NCBI RefSeq assembly: GCF_001194135.2
Contig: NC_068989.1
Coordinates: 59,441,737-59,505,736, forward strand
Source of the DNA: Octopus bimaculoides
Lineage: Eukaryota
Length of the DNA stretch: 64,000 nucleotides
Direction: 5' to 3'
Positions 38,421 to 52,751 of the stretch are shown here, piece after piece (the first letter of the stretch is position 1; each line of letters opens with the position of its first letter). The translations under genes were made by a program, and so were the position numbers. The notes beneath the pieces were generated by a model that saw only the letters and a program-made list of their open reading frames with translations, was not told the DNA's origin and did no database searches.

Positions 38421-39254
38421 CACAATCGTACCTCAGCCTACGTCGTTAATTGGTTCCAGAGGACAAGATTTAAGTCGAAAAACGACTTAAGTCGAAATAA
38501 CCATTATTTGAATGTATATACATGTAATAATTAAAACCTAGGCCAGCCTAGGTTGTCTTTATGTTAGCCTACGAATTCGATAAATTGTGAGGCAAGCCTA
38601 GGCTGCTTTTATATTAGAAAGAAATCATTTTAAATACTGTACTGTTGCCTACCTGATGGCTGACATCGGTGTTACTCGTTGAGGTTGGTGTAGGAGAAGG
38701 CGAGGGGATTAAACACTAGATGTCGATGCTTGGGGATCGTCAGCTGACTCCTGTCTTGATGGTGTAGATTGTTGTGCGAACTTGTCTAAAGTTCCTTGAA
38801 TTATCTTTTTCTTCTTCCCTTCAAGAATTAGCTTATAAGATGCAATAGTATCTTGACAACCCTCCAGTATTTTTACAAAATGTTGTACATTGGAATCCGT
38901 TTCCACAAATAAATCAAGACATTAATCTAAATGAGAAAATGCCTCTCGCACTTTTTTCAACCTAAAACGACGAGGCTCGGAATCAATGATGCACACGGCA
39001 TTTTAACATTAATTTTAATATGCTATACAGATTATGTTTCTATTCCTTTTTTATTTATTTCCTCGTGACGAATATGAACGTAACCAATCGATTCAACCCG
39101 GAACTAACAGTACAGTACAGTATAGCACGAACGTTATTGTTGTTTTGTCAGGCAACGTAAATCAATACTGTATTTAATATTTAAATAATATTTTAGAAAG
39201 ACCAACATATCTTCGGAAATGACGTAAGTCAAAACGACTTAACCAGAGGTATAT
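38421..39254 (-). mobile_element. Tigger/pogo-family non-autonomous element with transposase C-terminal remnant
   Basis: Minus ORF 38709-38906 ends CQDTIASYKLILEGKKKKIIQGTLDKF..PQASTS, a typical Tigger C-terminus. cgacttaagtcg / gacgtaagtc..cgacttaacc subterminal motifs occur at both ends. Confidence 0.6.
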
Positions 39255-39259
39255 GTGTA

Positions 39260-39400
39260 CAGTAGAATCTCGGTTTTCGAACAATTCTGATCACGAATAA
39301 ATCGTACTTTATCTCTTGTCTTTCTCATATTTGTTTAATACAGTAGTACCTCGGTTTACGAACGCCTCTGATCATGAATAAATCGTGCTTTAAAATATAA

Positions 39401-39434
<34 letters not shown>

Positions 39435-39554
39435 GTCTGTCTGTATGTATGTATGTGTGTCTGTCTTTTTATCAATCTATCTATCTATCTATTATATATA
39501 TATAAAGCACAATTTATTCGCGATCAGAATTGTTCGAAAACCGAGGTACTACTG
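39260..39554. mobile_element. Tigger/pogo-type MITE with duplicated left end
   Basis: TA|cagtagaatctcggttttcgaacaattctgatc (39260) and TA|cagtagtacctcggtttacgaac (39341) both pair with the right TIR gatcagaattgttcgaaaaccgaggtactactg|TA. Internal (CTAT)n. Confidence 0.85.
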
Positions 39555-39847
39555 TATTTCTTTTCAGACATAGTTTATCTCTGACTACATTACCTTACTT
39601 TTATTCAGGCAGCAGATTGTGATTTGAGATAGATTTGGCTATATGTTTAGCCTGTCAATTGACCACGTAAACGCTCTCTTGCTGCTTTGGTAGACATATA
39701 TGGATATAAGGCATGTAGACTATGTACTTATCCCAGATCTTCGCTGTTGTTTGATCTAGCCCACAGAGATAGAAGACAAAGTCGACCGAGCAGGATCTGA
39801 ACACAAAACTCTAAATCAAAGCATGAGGTACCATAAAGCATCTAGAC

Positions 39848-40178
39848 CAAGATTTTTCAACCATTTTTTAATCTATGGACCCCTATTTTATTCGGGTGGA
39901 CCCCTATAGCCATTCAGTGTTTAAAAACTAGTTTCATAGATACTTATTTCAAAATTTCTATTTTGTTTATCACACAATCACTTGTGTAGGTTGACCTATG
40001 TAAAATGTTGGACAGAAAAATCTAGCTGTTTTTTTTTTTTTTTGTAATATATACCATTACATACATCTAAAGCAAAACTTTTTCAGGGGGTCTTAAAATA
40101 CTATTGAGGATCTCTAGTTTACTAATTTGTTTGCTGGACACCCCAAAATCTTATATGGACCCCGGTTGAGAACCACTG
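39848..40178. mobile_element. hAT-Charlie-type MITE with perfect 8-bp TSD
   Basis: Right TIR ggttgagaaccactg, decayed left TIR caagatttttcaacc. TSD atctagac at 39840-39847 and 40179-40186, matching the NTCTAGAN preference of Charlie elements. Confidence 0.88.
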
Positions 40179-43100
40179 ATCTAGACCAATGAACTGTACC
40201 TCTATGTGTCGCATAGCTCAAACTACAGTCGATTCTTTTAGTCCTATACTGAAAAGATATCTACCAGCATAGTGGAATCCAACTATATAAGCCTCAGTAT
40301 TTGCTGTCTGCTTTGGAGTCACCTCCACACTGCCCACACTAGGTAAAGCGACCCCAATTTTCACCTCTCCATTCTACTAGGCTCACCATCATAGACACAT
40401 ATTCATTAAATGGGAAAGCACCTCCAGTTGCGTCAAACCAACTATGCCACCAGTTTTTACAATATCCTTTCTATTACCCACAATGAAGGCGCCAAGAACT
40501 AGCCCTCACCCTTCCTAAACTCTTCAATACCTCTTTCTCTCTGTATCTTTCTTTCTTTTTTTTCTTTCTCTCTCTCTATCTCTCTCACACTATTTCCCCT
40601 TCCCCCCTCTCTCTCTCTCTCTCTTTCTATCTCTCACGCGCACATGCAGGGTCCTCCTGATCATTGGAAACATGGCACAGAATGTCTCGTTTCTAAGAGT
40701 GACAATTCTTTTGACACCGAAAACTATAACCCTGTTACAGTTACTTTTAATATATCTCGAAATTAACGGAGGTAATCTTTAACAACTACTCCATTTATTA
40801 GATTTCTTCTCTTTTATGGCCTTCTTAAAACCCGATCTATTGGAAACGCACTTTCCTTAAGTCAATCAAGATAGAACTCTCGCCTACAAGAAATTTTGAG
40901 AAAACATTGCTTGTGCACTTGGCATCAGCAAAGCAGTTAGCCATATCAGACAAGACGTATTTCCAAGAAAAGATACTTGACAATGGATACAATCTTTTCA
41001 TCCAGACCAACCTTACTATTCGTTTTTGATCAGAGATAGATGAATTTTTTCGACATGACTACAGAATAATTTGGTAAGAAAGGAGTTTAATTAAGACATC
41101 AGTATATAATTATTGTACTCTAGTTTCATATGAAGGAAGTTTAATTAATACTTCTCTCCGATTCATTAAAGCTCTTACAAGTTATCACTTAATTTACTAG
41201 ATCATCTATAGCAAAACATTGTAAGATGCCATTTCTGGTGGTATCTTATATATAAATGTACCTCGTACATTATTTTACTTTGTTGATAAATATAACAAAT
41301 AATCTCAATATTTCCTTTTTCTAAATAAACTGCCTAGAAATCTGAGAATTAAGTTCAATATCTTAGAAAAGCTATGAATTAGCTAAACCAGATTTATTGA
41401 TAAATCCTATCTGACAATTTGATATAACAAATTCTTACTTTTTGTCTCAAAATAGATGTATTATTGATGGAGATTTGCTATTAAGAAGACTATCACAATA
41501 CGACGAAGTAGTACTAATCCAAGTATAATAGGTTTGGTCAGAATAAATTGTTGATACTTAAGATACAACATTAATGCTTTGCAGTACTTCCTGGCTGTCT
41601 GATAATATAAAAGACAGTCGTCAGGTGCATAAAATTGATGTTGCAGCTAAATCTATAACTGCTTTCTTGTTTGTTATGACAGATTTCTTTATTTTTTCTT
41701 TTCCTTTCTTTTCTTGCTTTTTTCTTTTCTTTCTTTCTTTTCTCTCTTTCTTTTTTTTTTCTTTCTTTTTTTTTTCTTTTTTTATTTTCACTCTTCAAAC
41801 TCTCCTCGTTTATAAGACTGAATGAAGGTGTTTGGGTTTATTTATAGAATTTCTTTCGAGATTTTGATTTCTTTGAAGCCTAAACGATCTGAGTACTGTT
41901 GAGTAATTTCCCGGTCTGCCATGAGAAGGATAGATGAGGGGTGGAGGAGAGAGAGAGAAGAAGAAGAAGGAAAGAAAGAAACAAAGAAAGAGAGACAGAA
42001 GGGAGAGGCAGTTTCCTTTAAAATGAAAGAAGCAAGCCTGAACTATGGAGTAATCCTCTACATGGTCGCTCAATTGCAAGAAATAGCAATCAAATCCTCT
42101 CATATCTCACCCTAACATCCCCCCCCCACTTCTGCCAAAAAACAGAATGACTTACTGTCCAGTGTAGTCTTAGATATACTAAAAGGTATGATGGTAATGG
42201 TTGAAGGTATGATGGTCATGTCTTTGATTATAAGTTTGATATGTGAGGGCTGATCTGGAGTCAAACAACAACAACTCGAAACATAAACATGATTTTATCT
42301 TTCAAAATGATGCACATTACACAATAAAACACACTAAAACAATAAATTCACAATAAAAACACAAGTGTTAACAAAAATGTATTCTAAGTTATTTACAATA
42401 ATTGATGCAGACCTATATGCATTCTCTCTTTGATTACGCTACCGTAACTACAAACTGCTTTTCTGAATTTAGACCCGTAAACAAGGAGAGGAGAGTCATC
42501 CAGGCTATGGCATGTACTGTTTCTCTCTGCATCTTAGTGATTTTTCATATTGGCAACAGTTAAACAAACAGTGTTTCTTTTTTTATTTTTTGTGAAACTG
42601 ACAAGTAATTGAGGTTGTTAAACATCTCTCAACAGAAATTACCAAAAGATTTAACCTCAGGTGAGTTGGTGTTCGGGAAAGTAAACAAATATTTATATCC
42701 GAGTCGCTGAAAGGATGAAATTAAACATCTTAAACTTAAAATTAAGCATCTCAATTAAATATTTGAAGCTTTGGGCTACATTTATGGATTGTTAATTAGC
42801 TATAGTGTTTTAAGATAAAGTTGATAAAAGATAAAACCTCACCCTCTTTATCTTTAGAATTTAGAGTTAACCCTTCTGTGTAGAATCCCCACTCCTATTC
42901 TCGACAGTAAGGCGTGTAGAAGTGTTCCATACAAATATACATCAAAATTACCGCATGAGTTTGAACCGAAGACCTTTAAGTTGGTAATCAGACATTATAT
43001 CAACTCGGACATTTCATAATACAATGAAAGTAAAAGGTAACTTGTATCCGATGGAAAACTATTGTAAAATTCGATAGAATTTCATTTATACAACTTCTTT

Positions 43101-43644
43101 TATTGGTGGTCACACATAGTCCAATATATCATGCACGTTACCTTATTGAACTGTTACACAATATTTCTTGTATGTCTAAATAAAACAACTTTTGGTAAAG
43201 TTTAGACAAACTCTTCACAGCAGATAAAGTATCAAGTTACTCTTAATTTCGGAAACCGAAACTACAAAACGAAGCCCCACAACCTTTTGAGAACTACCGT
43301 ACTGCCAATCTCTGTAACTATTGCATGTATTTCGGTAATTTCTATCGCTATAGAGAAGAGTTTGAAAAGTGTCTGGTTTTACTTGAAACAGATTACTAAT
43401 GCAATTCTGAGATGATTTAAATATAGACGGAGAGTGTGTACCTGTTTGAATTAATGCCAACTTGATGATCAGAGAGTATGTTTCTTGATATATGAAGAAA
43501 GGATCATCGATTTTTCTTCTTCGGGCGGGTCTCTGCCGTTTTCTTGGCAGCAGATCTCTTTTTACACTTACAACCACACTTAGGTGCATTTTATTACTGT
43601 AAGTACCTGCGTGCATGTATAAAAACATACATAAATATGTGTGA

Positions 43645-43766
<122 letters not shown>

Positions 43767-44139
43767 AAATATTTTATGTTATATATTCAGATTTCTTCTG
43801 CAATAAGCAAGGGGCAGAACAAGTTAGAAGAATATTTCTGAACGGATATTTGTCGACGAGCTGGCATCAACTGAAGTATTATTTTTCGTCTGAGTGGTTT
43901 TACACAAGAAATATCTGTATCTTTCTCGGATCAATAGAATTCTGTAACTATTTTGTAGCTGTCTTCTTGTAGTTAGAGACTTTGAATCAAACGAACAATA
44001 TGTCAGATTCAGCAAATATAATCCGATAATTTCAAACTGCCTAAAGAATCTTGTGAATATTTGTTTCACTGAAAGAGAGGAAGCAACTGTGCAAAAGGAT
44101 GATTTATTTGCATATACTGTGTTATTCCGCAGTTATATT

Positions 44140-44340
44140 TCTAGAAACATAAGACACCGGGCAAAATGCTTAACGGCATTTCATCCGTCTTTACGTTGTA
44201 AGTTCAAATTCCGCCGAGGTCGTCTTTGCCTTTCATCCTTTCGAGGTCGATAATAAGTATCAGTTGAACTTTAGGGTCGATGTAATCGACTTACACCCAG
44301 CCACAAAATTTGCTGGCCTTGTACTAAAATTTGAAGTCAA
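44140..44340 (+). mobile_element. High-copy SINE copy (CpG intact)
   Basis: aaatgcttaacggcatttc..gttcaaattccgccgaggtcgtctttgcctttcatcc..gataataagtatcagttga..ggtcgatgtaatcgactta. Confidence 0.8.
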
Positions 44341-45904
44341 TATTTCTAGAAACATCCCAAATTAATAGCTAGAAAATTTGATTTCTAGCGTTGCTAATGA
44401 AGTTTATATTTCTAGTGTGCTAAAGACAAGCTTCGCAAAACAATGTTCTCAACAAGCTAATGGTCATCGCATGCCAATTTTTTGTTAATTACTTCCAATG
44501 AATGCTCTCGTATTGAAACTTATTTTAATTATAGCATTACTAATTTATAACAGACTGGTCATTCATAGTTAAAGATTTATTTGTAGAAACAAAAAATATT
44601 TCAAATGAAGCGTGTGTCCACAAATAGTCGTAAAGCATGTTGATAAACAGGTTGTCAATGTTATTTCTACATTTAATATTATTAAAAGTTAGATCGGTGG
44701 ATGACAGACACGGTACAACACCGGAGAAAGTACTTCATGCAATTTAGTTCCGTTCTCAAACCTTTTTCAGTTTTGGTAACCACATATGGTTCTCAAACTT
44801 TTCCTTAAAATGGGCATAACTCTCCTCAAAGTATCAACCATGATCTATTAAGACTATTAAACGCATGAACATAACTGGTTTCATGTATAAAATAAGACTG
44901 GTTTCATGTGTTAAATAAGACAGGCAGGTTTCATGAGACAAGTTTCCAGACGAGGCCATGAGTGGCCCCCAAAATGCAAGAATATGAAATGAAGTTGGGG
45001 TGCGAATATTTATTGGATTAATACAGACAAAATATTAAATATTAAAAATGGAAAATATATTTTCGTAAATAAACATGAAATAAACGCAAATACATGAGAA
45101 TTTTTAGTTAGTAGAAACGGAAGCATGAAAAAGTTTACCCTTCAGTATATAACCTACACTTTCTATGCTTAAATATTATACTTTATCATTTTATGATATT
45201 ATCATAAACTTTTGACGTTGCACATCAAAGCAATTTTATTGTTAATATCTAATGGTCATGTAGAAATAAAGAGGTTTAGTATACGCGGGCCACATTTGGC
45301 ACTCGAACACCTGACAACAGCCATTCTTAAACACACAATCGTAACTGTACCCATTCTTAATTATACCTGTCACTATCTTTCAACATATATCTGCGCCCAT
45401 GAAGTTAAATATCGTGAATAAGAATGAGCAATGTACTATTAAAATATTATGGTTTATATAGTGATATAGGGTAATTAAAAGATCAATAAGAATATGAACC
45501 AATGAATTTTGATGATTGAAAATTAATATTTTAGTTGTCATTCTCCATATTATTGTTCTACAATGCAACCAAAATCTATATTCCTTTATTTTTTACTCTT
45601 TTCTCTCATTGTATTGCGACCAGGCTGGGGCACTACCTTCAACGGTTTCGTTGAACATACCGACCCCATTGCTTCTTTGAATGTGATACTTATTTTATTG
45701 ATCTGTAGATATCGAACCGCTAGCTAATGCACATATAAAAACAATCACTGTTATACAGATACATTCGTGTTATATGTGTGTTTGTGCGTGCGCGTGCGTG
45801 CGTATCAGTCTGAGTGTCTGCATGTTTCTGTGTACCTGCATGTGTTTGCATGTATATGTCATACTTGCACGCATCTTTTCTATTTTACAACAATTTTCAA
45901 CTTA

Positions 45905-46122
45905 CGAGGGGGTGCTGGAAAGTTCCTGGCTTGGGGTAAAAGAAAATACAGGAGGATCAGTTAATTATGATTTTATTCAACATAATCCCCTCTCAGATTC
46001 ACACACTTTTTGCTACTGCCCTTCAGTTTTTCTAAGCCCTGTAAAAGAACTCGGAAGGTTGGGTCTCGAACCAGGCCTTTCGCGACACCTTCAAAGTCAA
46101 GAACTTTTCAGCACCCCTTTTG
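45905..46122. mobile_element. Mariner-derived MITE
   Basis: TA|cgagggggtgctggaaagttcctggctt ... aagtcaagaacttttcagcaccccttttg|TA. TIRs about 28 bp, TA target. Confidence 0.8.
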
Positions 46123-46191
46123 TATATTCGTTTATATGTACATATACATATTTTAAAACTTACATGCTTACATCAGTTCTTTCCTTTTCTC

Positions 46192-46229
<38 letters not shown>

Positions 46230-46857
46230 CTTTCCTTCTCTTCCCTCTATCGCTTTATTTTGTACTCAACTGTTTCAGTTAACAAGCACCTTTTGATATT
46301 ATCCAATCAGAATTTGTCTAGCTATTCAAATATCTCCACTTTTAAACTCTTCCTTTGGGTTATAGTTTCATAATCGCCCGAAGGCCGGAAAGGGGTAACT
46401 TGAAGTTACACTTTGAGAATGTTCAACTTCTTTCATGTTCATACATGAATGTTAATGTCCGTATGCACACGCGCGCATACACTCACATGCACACAAACGC
46501 ACACACACACACACACATACACACATACACACACACACATACACATATATACACATATATATACATATATATATATTATATTATATGTTATATTACATTA
46601 TATTATATTGTATTGTATTGTATCAAACACACTAAATGGGGGCTTTTGCAGTTTTTGTCTGCCAAATTCCATTCACAAAGTATTGGTCAACTTGAAGTTA
46701 CAGTAAAAAAATCGGACCCTAGTATTCATTTTTAAACTTGATACTTATTCTATCGGTTATCTTTACCGAACCGCTAAGTTAGAGGGACAAAAACAAGCCA
46801 GCACCGGTTACCAAGCAGCGGTGAGGAACAAAACAAGGACACACATATATAGATATT

Positions 46858-46889
<32 letters not shown>

Positions 46890-46906
46890 CATGCGTGCGT
46901 GCGTGC

Positions 46907-46946
<40 letters not shown>

Positions 46947-48104
46947 GTGCGTGTGTGCGTGTGTGCGTGTGTGCGTGTGCGCGCGCGTTCGACGAGCTTC
47001 TTTCAGTTTCTGTCTGGGGCTATAGTAGAAGATACTTGCCCAAAATTCCCCGCAGTGAACTTCTGGCAATGTGGCTTCATTTCTATAAATGAAAGAGCTA
47101 TCAACAGATTCGCATTAGAAACGCTACTTTATGATGAACTGATTGTATGCTGTTTGCCCATTTGCATTCCGCACCATTTTGCTCTTCAACCGAGTTCTGT
47201 TTTTCTCGATAAACATTTAATAACGGCTTATCTTCTCATGTTGACACATCTCGCGTTTACATGTCTGATTCAATCACAAAATAACACATTTCCAATGATA
47301 AACGAAATCTTCGTCAGAATTACATTTGATGCACATCATTGGAACTTGGGCGAGTGATAAAGAGACACTTGAGAACGTTGTCTTATAAAGGATTAATAGC
47401 TCTAATCGATATTATACCGCTTCTTATAGCTATTTCAGGTTTTCTGAGACTAATATTAATATTTATCTGAATAAACAATCAACAAATAACACTATACCTT
47501 CAAACAGCGCTGTAAAGATAGTAAAGTGGGCGCTAATACATAATTTTGGGAGCCAAAACCTGCAATTTCAATTTATTTTAATAGTACTGCAGTTGACATT
47601 GAGGCGATAGATATTGCCTGTGAAGTTATCCATAAAACTAATTTTATATTTTGAGATTAGATTAAATCTTGCTATTTCGCACAAGATCATCACTGATTGG
47701 GCAGGCATATAAAAAAAACGTTCCATTAGTGACCATCCCGTCTTATTTTCAGACAATGTATCTATAATAACATTATTTAATGCTCTTCCTCCTTTAAAAC
47801 AGTAGGGTTTTATTTGAGCCGTAGTTTAGTAGGCAGGCTATTCAATTACACTGGCCCTAGAGAGTTACTGGTTCTTTAGTATTTTATTAGCTGAAAGATT
47901 TAAAAGATAAGCTCAGTAATACAGAAATGCGAACGAAGAATGATGGTATTTCCTTTGGTGTTACGCGTTTTCTACTTATTCTTCTACTTATTCTTCTCAC
48001 TATCCATGTTGTGTTCACTCCCATCCTCACTCCTCACTACTCTGGCATTTCCTCAAAGCATTATATATGATGCTTCATCCGATTAAAAGGTCTTTATTCC
48101 TTTC

Positions 48105-48430
48105 AGATCACCCACAGGCGGAAATAAAAAGACATGCATTCATTGTTGCCATATGGACGGAATACAGTGATTTAAAAATTGCTATCACAAAGTTCGGATG
48201 GAATTGGAAGTCGCTGGCTAGAATATTTCAACTGTATCAAAGAGAGAAGAGAAAAAGCATTCTAAATTTTCAAACACTATAAGGACGTCGCAATTAATTG
48301 AACGGGTTTAAGACCTTACTAATGATAATCTCGAAAAATCAATGAGAGCTCTCACCAAAGAACTTCAGGTGTCGGAGTGGACCATCGGAACTGTGGTGCA
48401 TCAGAACATGCGATACAAATCGTATATATT
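48105..48430 (+). mobile_element. Tc1/mariner transposase N-terminal (HTH) fragment
   Basis: AEIKRHAFIVAIWTEYSDLKIA and KSMRALTKELQVSEWTIGTVVHQNMRYKSY resemble the DNA-binding region of mariner/maT-like transposases. Broken reading frame. Confidence 0.6.
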
Positions 48431-48432
48431 AC

Positions 48433-48478
<46 letters not shown>

Positions 48479-48680
48479 AAATTGGTGTGCTTACATACAT
48501 ATATATANNNNNNNNNNNNNNNNNNNNNNNNNNNNNNNNNNNNNNNNNNNNNNNNNNNNNNNNNNNNNNNNNNNNNNNNNNNNNNNNNNNNNNNNNNNNN
48601 NNNNNNNNNNNNNNNNNNNNNNNNNNNNNNNNNNNNNNNNNNNNNNNNNNNNNNNNNNNNNNNNNNNNNNNNNNNNNNNN

Positions 48681-48733
<53 letters not shown>

Positions 48734-49809
48734 TACATGTATATGCACATATGTATATGTATATATGCATATATGTATATAATACATATATTTATATACA
48801 TGTCGAAACATACATACAATCATACATAAATGGGCACGCACGTGTGTATGTATGTTTGTATGTATGTATGTATGTATGTATGCAGGCATGTGTGTATGTG
48901 TACACGTTTGTATGTAGGAATGAAAATATGTATGTATGTGTGTGTGTGTGTGTGTTTGTGCGCGTGCATATTCTTTTATTTTTGTAATAAGTTTCAGCCC
49001 TAAGGCTGTGGCCATGCTGGGGCATCGTTGTATTATGTATATATTCTCTATAAAAATCCGAGGCCTATATGAAAATAAATACAGAATGTATACAGTCACG
49101 TCGATGATAAATTGATTCAAGTAGGCCATCAATCTTGGTCAGAATTATTCGTTAATGACTGATCTCTTCGACCGACTTCAGAATGTGGGGAGGAAAATGG
49201 AAGACGCTATGTTGTTTCATGACTATAACCAAGAAAAATCGAACCATTTCATGAATTTTATTATAAACCCTCCTTGGTCACCACACAATATGAATTAAGT
49301 CCAAAATAATAAGACACAAAAGATGAAGCACTACCATACATATGTCAGTAATAATTGCTGCAGTAAGTGCTACAATAACAAATACAACAATTTAAAATCT
49401 AGGAAAAGCGGTAAGATGCATATTTGTATTTGATTTTATTATTCTGAAAAAGAAAATAAGAAAACTACAGCGAACTGTTGCTGTCAAGGGCACACTGTAA
49501 CACTTAGAATGTAATAAATACAGACGTGAACACATTCGTACATGCGCATACACTCATAATTTTACATACAATCGACACTGCTATGGTGTTCTGGAAGATT
49601 TCCAAAACTCCCAACTGTTTGTTTGTGTCTTGATAAAATAGGTTTGGGCATAAATCAATCATCGTTTAGACCTCAGGAACGATATACTATTGTTCACCGC
49701 AGAACTTATAACTCTCCTGCCAATTTTAGTAAATATTTCTTACAGACGGTGAACTTGATATTTTTTTCTTTTTAACCTTCATCATCATCTTTATTTATTT
49801 ACTTATTTA

Positions 49810-49845
<36 letters not shown>

Positions 49846-51189
49846 CATTATTATTATTATTACCATTATTATTATTTATTTATTTATTTATTTACACGAC
49901 TTAGAGGAGAATAGGTCAATACCTCCGGCCGGTTTTAGAAACTCTAAGACTCAGGAGAATGATTGGCCCGAATTATTGCACCAGAGTGGACTCCAGTAAA
50001 GGCACTCAATGACTAAGTAGTGCTGTTGAACTGGGCGACGGATGAAGTATACCAGTTACTTTGTTTCAAATGATACCGAGTTTCTCATTTGCCTTTTATG
50101 GTACTTTTTGGATGACTATATTCATAGCACACATTCCTCTTTCATTCACTTTAGGCTGAATATGTTGTATTATTTGCATTATTAATCAGTTTTGTAACGG
50201 AGTGAGGGATAGAAGAGTCACTTGTATGTGGCAATGATGAATTTGACAGATACACTACTAGATCAATTATCCAGCAGGCTTAAGATCGGAGGTATCCCGG
50301 TTTTCTGAAGACAATCTAAATAAGTACTTAAAATATAAAATAAACAATAAAAACTAAAGAGCTAAATTGTATTTAACACATTCGAATTAATACACTTCTA
50401 AAACAGGGCCTGTTTGATATTTATTAAAATGTATTATACTGTACTATGTATACTATATAATGTTTATAGTATCAAGGAAAGTAAAGAACATGATTTTATT
50501 TAACAGATACAAGTACAAATTAATACAATTCTAAAGCAGAATATGTTTAATCTGTATTAATCCACTTAAAAAATAAAGAACAAAGCTAATTTTACTGCCA
50601 TACGAAATTAACCATCTTTAAAAACAGGTTCCTTTTACTCAATATAGGTGTAGTATATTGCACAATATCGCACAGTATTACCGAATTTCTGGAAATTCCG
50701 GATTTCGGAAAGCCGGGTGAGAGGTCCAGTACTTTATTGCTTATAGAGTTAGCCTTCAACACTTCTGTTTTTTGGGGGAAGTGCTGCCCCACCCGCTAGT
50801 AAATTCCTTGAAAGGTGGGTAAGAGTTGCGAAGATGGTTACGTACGATCGGGCCTGGTGTGAACATGCAGTTGTAAATAGAAGGGTAACAATTGAATGAG
50901 GGCAACTGCCCTTGTGGTTAAAGTAATTCAGGTTTTCCGGGATATTCATCGAACAGACTCTCAGTTTGTGTTCCCACCCCGCTGCTGGTGAATTTGGTCT
51001 TTGTTGGATTTTCTTTATTTGTTTTCATATATTGTTATTCGTTTTTACACATAAACCCTCCCCATCATTGTACCCTTTTGGACCGACTTTCTTTACTTCT
51101 TTTTAGCCCTTGCGGTTATAAAAGAATCATCATTAACATCATTATCATCATCATTATTATTATTATTGTCATCATCATCAATACCATAA

Positions 51190-51390
51190 AGGCGGCGAGC
51201 TGATAGAATCGTTAACACGCTGGGTAAAATGTTTTGCATCATTTCATCTGCCTTTACGTTCTGTGTTCAAATTCTTCCGAAGTCGACTTCGTCTTTCATC
51301 CTTACGGGAATCAAGCACAGGTGTCGATGTAATGGATTTACCTCTTTCCCAAAATTGCTGGCTTTGGGCCAAAATATGAAACCATTATCA
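51190..51390 (+). mobile_element. High-copy SINE copy
   Basis: ggcggcgagctgatagaatcgttaacacgc..gttcaaattcttccgaagtcgacttcgtctttcatcc. Confidence 0.75.
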
Positions 51391-51560
51391 TCAAGATAAT
51401 TATCCTCATCATAATCATCATTGTCATTATTATTATTATTATTATCATTATTATTATTATTATTATTATTAATACTATTATTATTATTATCGTTATTATT
51501 ATTATTATGGTTATTATGATTATTATTATGATTATTATTATGATTATTATGATTATTATG

Positions 51561-51599
<39 letters not shown>

Positions 51600-51647
51600 A
51601 CTATTATGATTATTATCGTTATTATTATTATTATTATGATTATTATG

Positions 51648-51710
<63 letters not shown>

Positions 51711-51749
51711 ACTATTATTATTATTATCGTTATTATTATTATTATTATG

Positions 51750-51808
<59 letters not shown>
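51385..51808. repeat. Long (ATT)n/(ATG ATT) trinucleotide mosaic with higher-order duplication
   Basis: The interruption aatactatt..atcgttatt recurs at about 51471, 51598 and 51708. It produces the poly-Ile ORFs in the track. Confidence 0.95.
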
Positions 51809-52751
51809 CTCTTTATCACAGGTTTTGTTGGAGCTCCTGGAGTCTTGCATGCTGCGTAGCGTGCTTACTACCTGCAGCCAACGATACCATCCTCTCCGTT
51901 CTTTTCAGCTATCTAATACTTTCCTGATTATTCTGGCCGTGCCAAGGAGGTAAATCTTTTGTAGCAGTTCTACTGGGCACTCTATTCCAATCTATAATAC
52001 ATTAAAACTCAGTTTGAATCTTGCTTGCTTACGTGCGTTTACCCAGCCATACTGACGCATAATGGGAAAACACTATGAATTAATAGTGATCGCCAAGCCA
52101 ACATGGCAGTCCCAAAATTAGGACGGAAGCTGCCGCTGCCGTAGTCTCCTTTAGAGAGACTTAGAAATATTAATAACTCTATGAATTAAATTAGCCCTAA
52201 AATGTTAATACGAATGGAATGAAACAAGTTTCGCGTAAATCGGAGCAGTAGTCATTGAGATATTCGGGGTTTGGAGGTATAAATACCTAAAACTGTGCAT
52301 AATGGTAAAATGTTCCAAATATAACTTCGTCCTGAAAGGGAAGAAACTCTAACCTTTCGATTAGACAGTGATTTGACAACGAAAAAATACGATTTGATTT
52401 TTTTTTACAGTAAACGTTTCTATTTTCGCTTTTATTAAACACAATATTTTTGTCATTTAGAAATATTTTTGACTGTGATTTCAAATATGTAACTTGTTTT
52501 CACAGTAAGTATTTATATTTTAGCTTTCTTTAAACAGAAAATATTTTAATGTTTTTTTAAAATTATTTTTAAGTGAATACCATTGCAAACATTTTTTTTT
52601 CTTTTTGTATATTTAAAATATATTCTACAGTGTTTATGACTTTAAAAATAGGGTAAATATTTCGTAAAAGACTCATTCGTAACCTCGGTCTGAAATAGTT
52701 TTTTTTTTCCATAGGTATTTTTTTCGAGTGCATTCAACGTATCTCATCTCC

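Noticed and set aside
44874-44935. Three ~23-bp direct repeats (actggtttcatg..aataag) superficially CRISPR-like
   Set aside because: Eukaryotic DNA, no unique 30-40 bp spacers and no cas genes; a simple decaying minisatellite.
51338-51953. Poly-Ile ORFs of 148-170 aa that look like transmembrane proteins
   Set aside because: Translation of an (ATT)n microsatellite.
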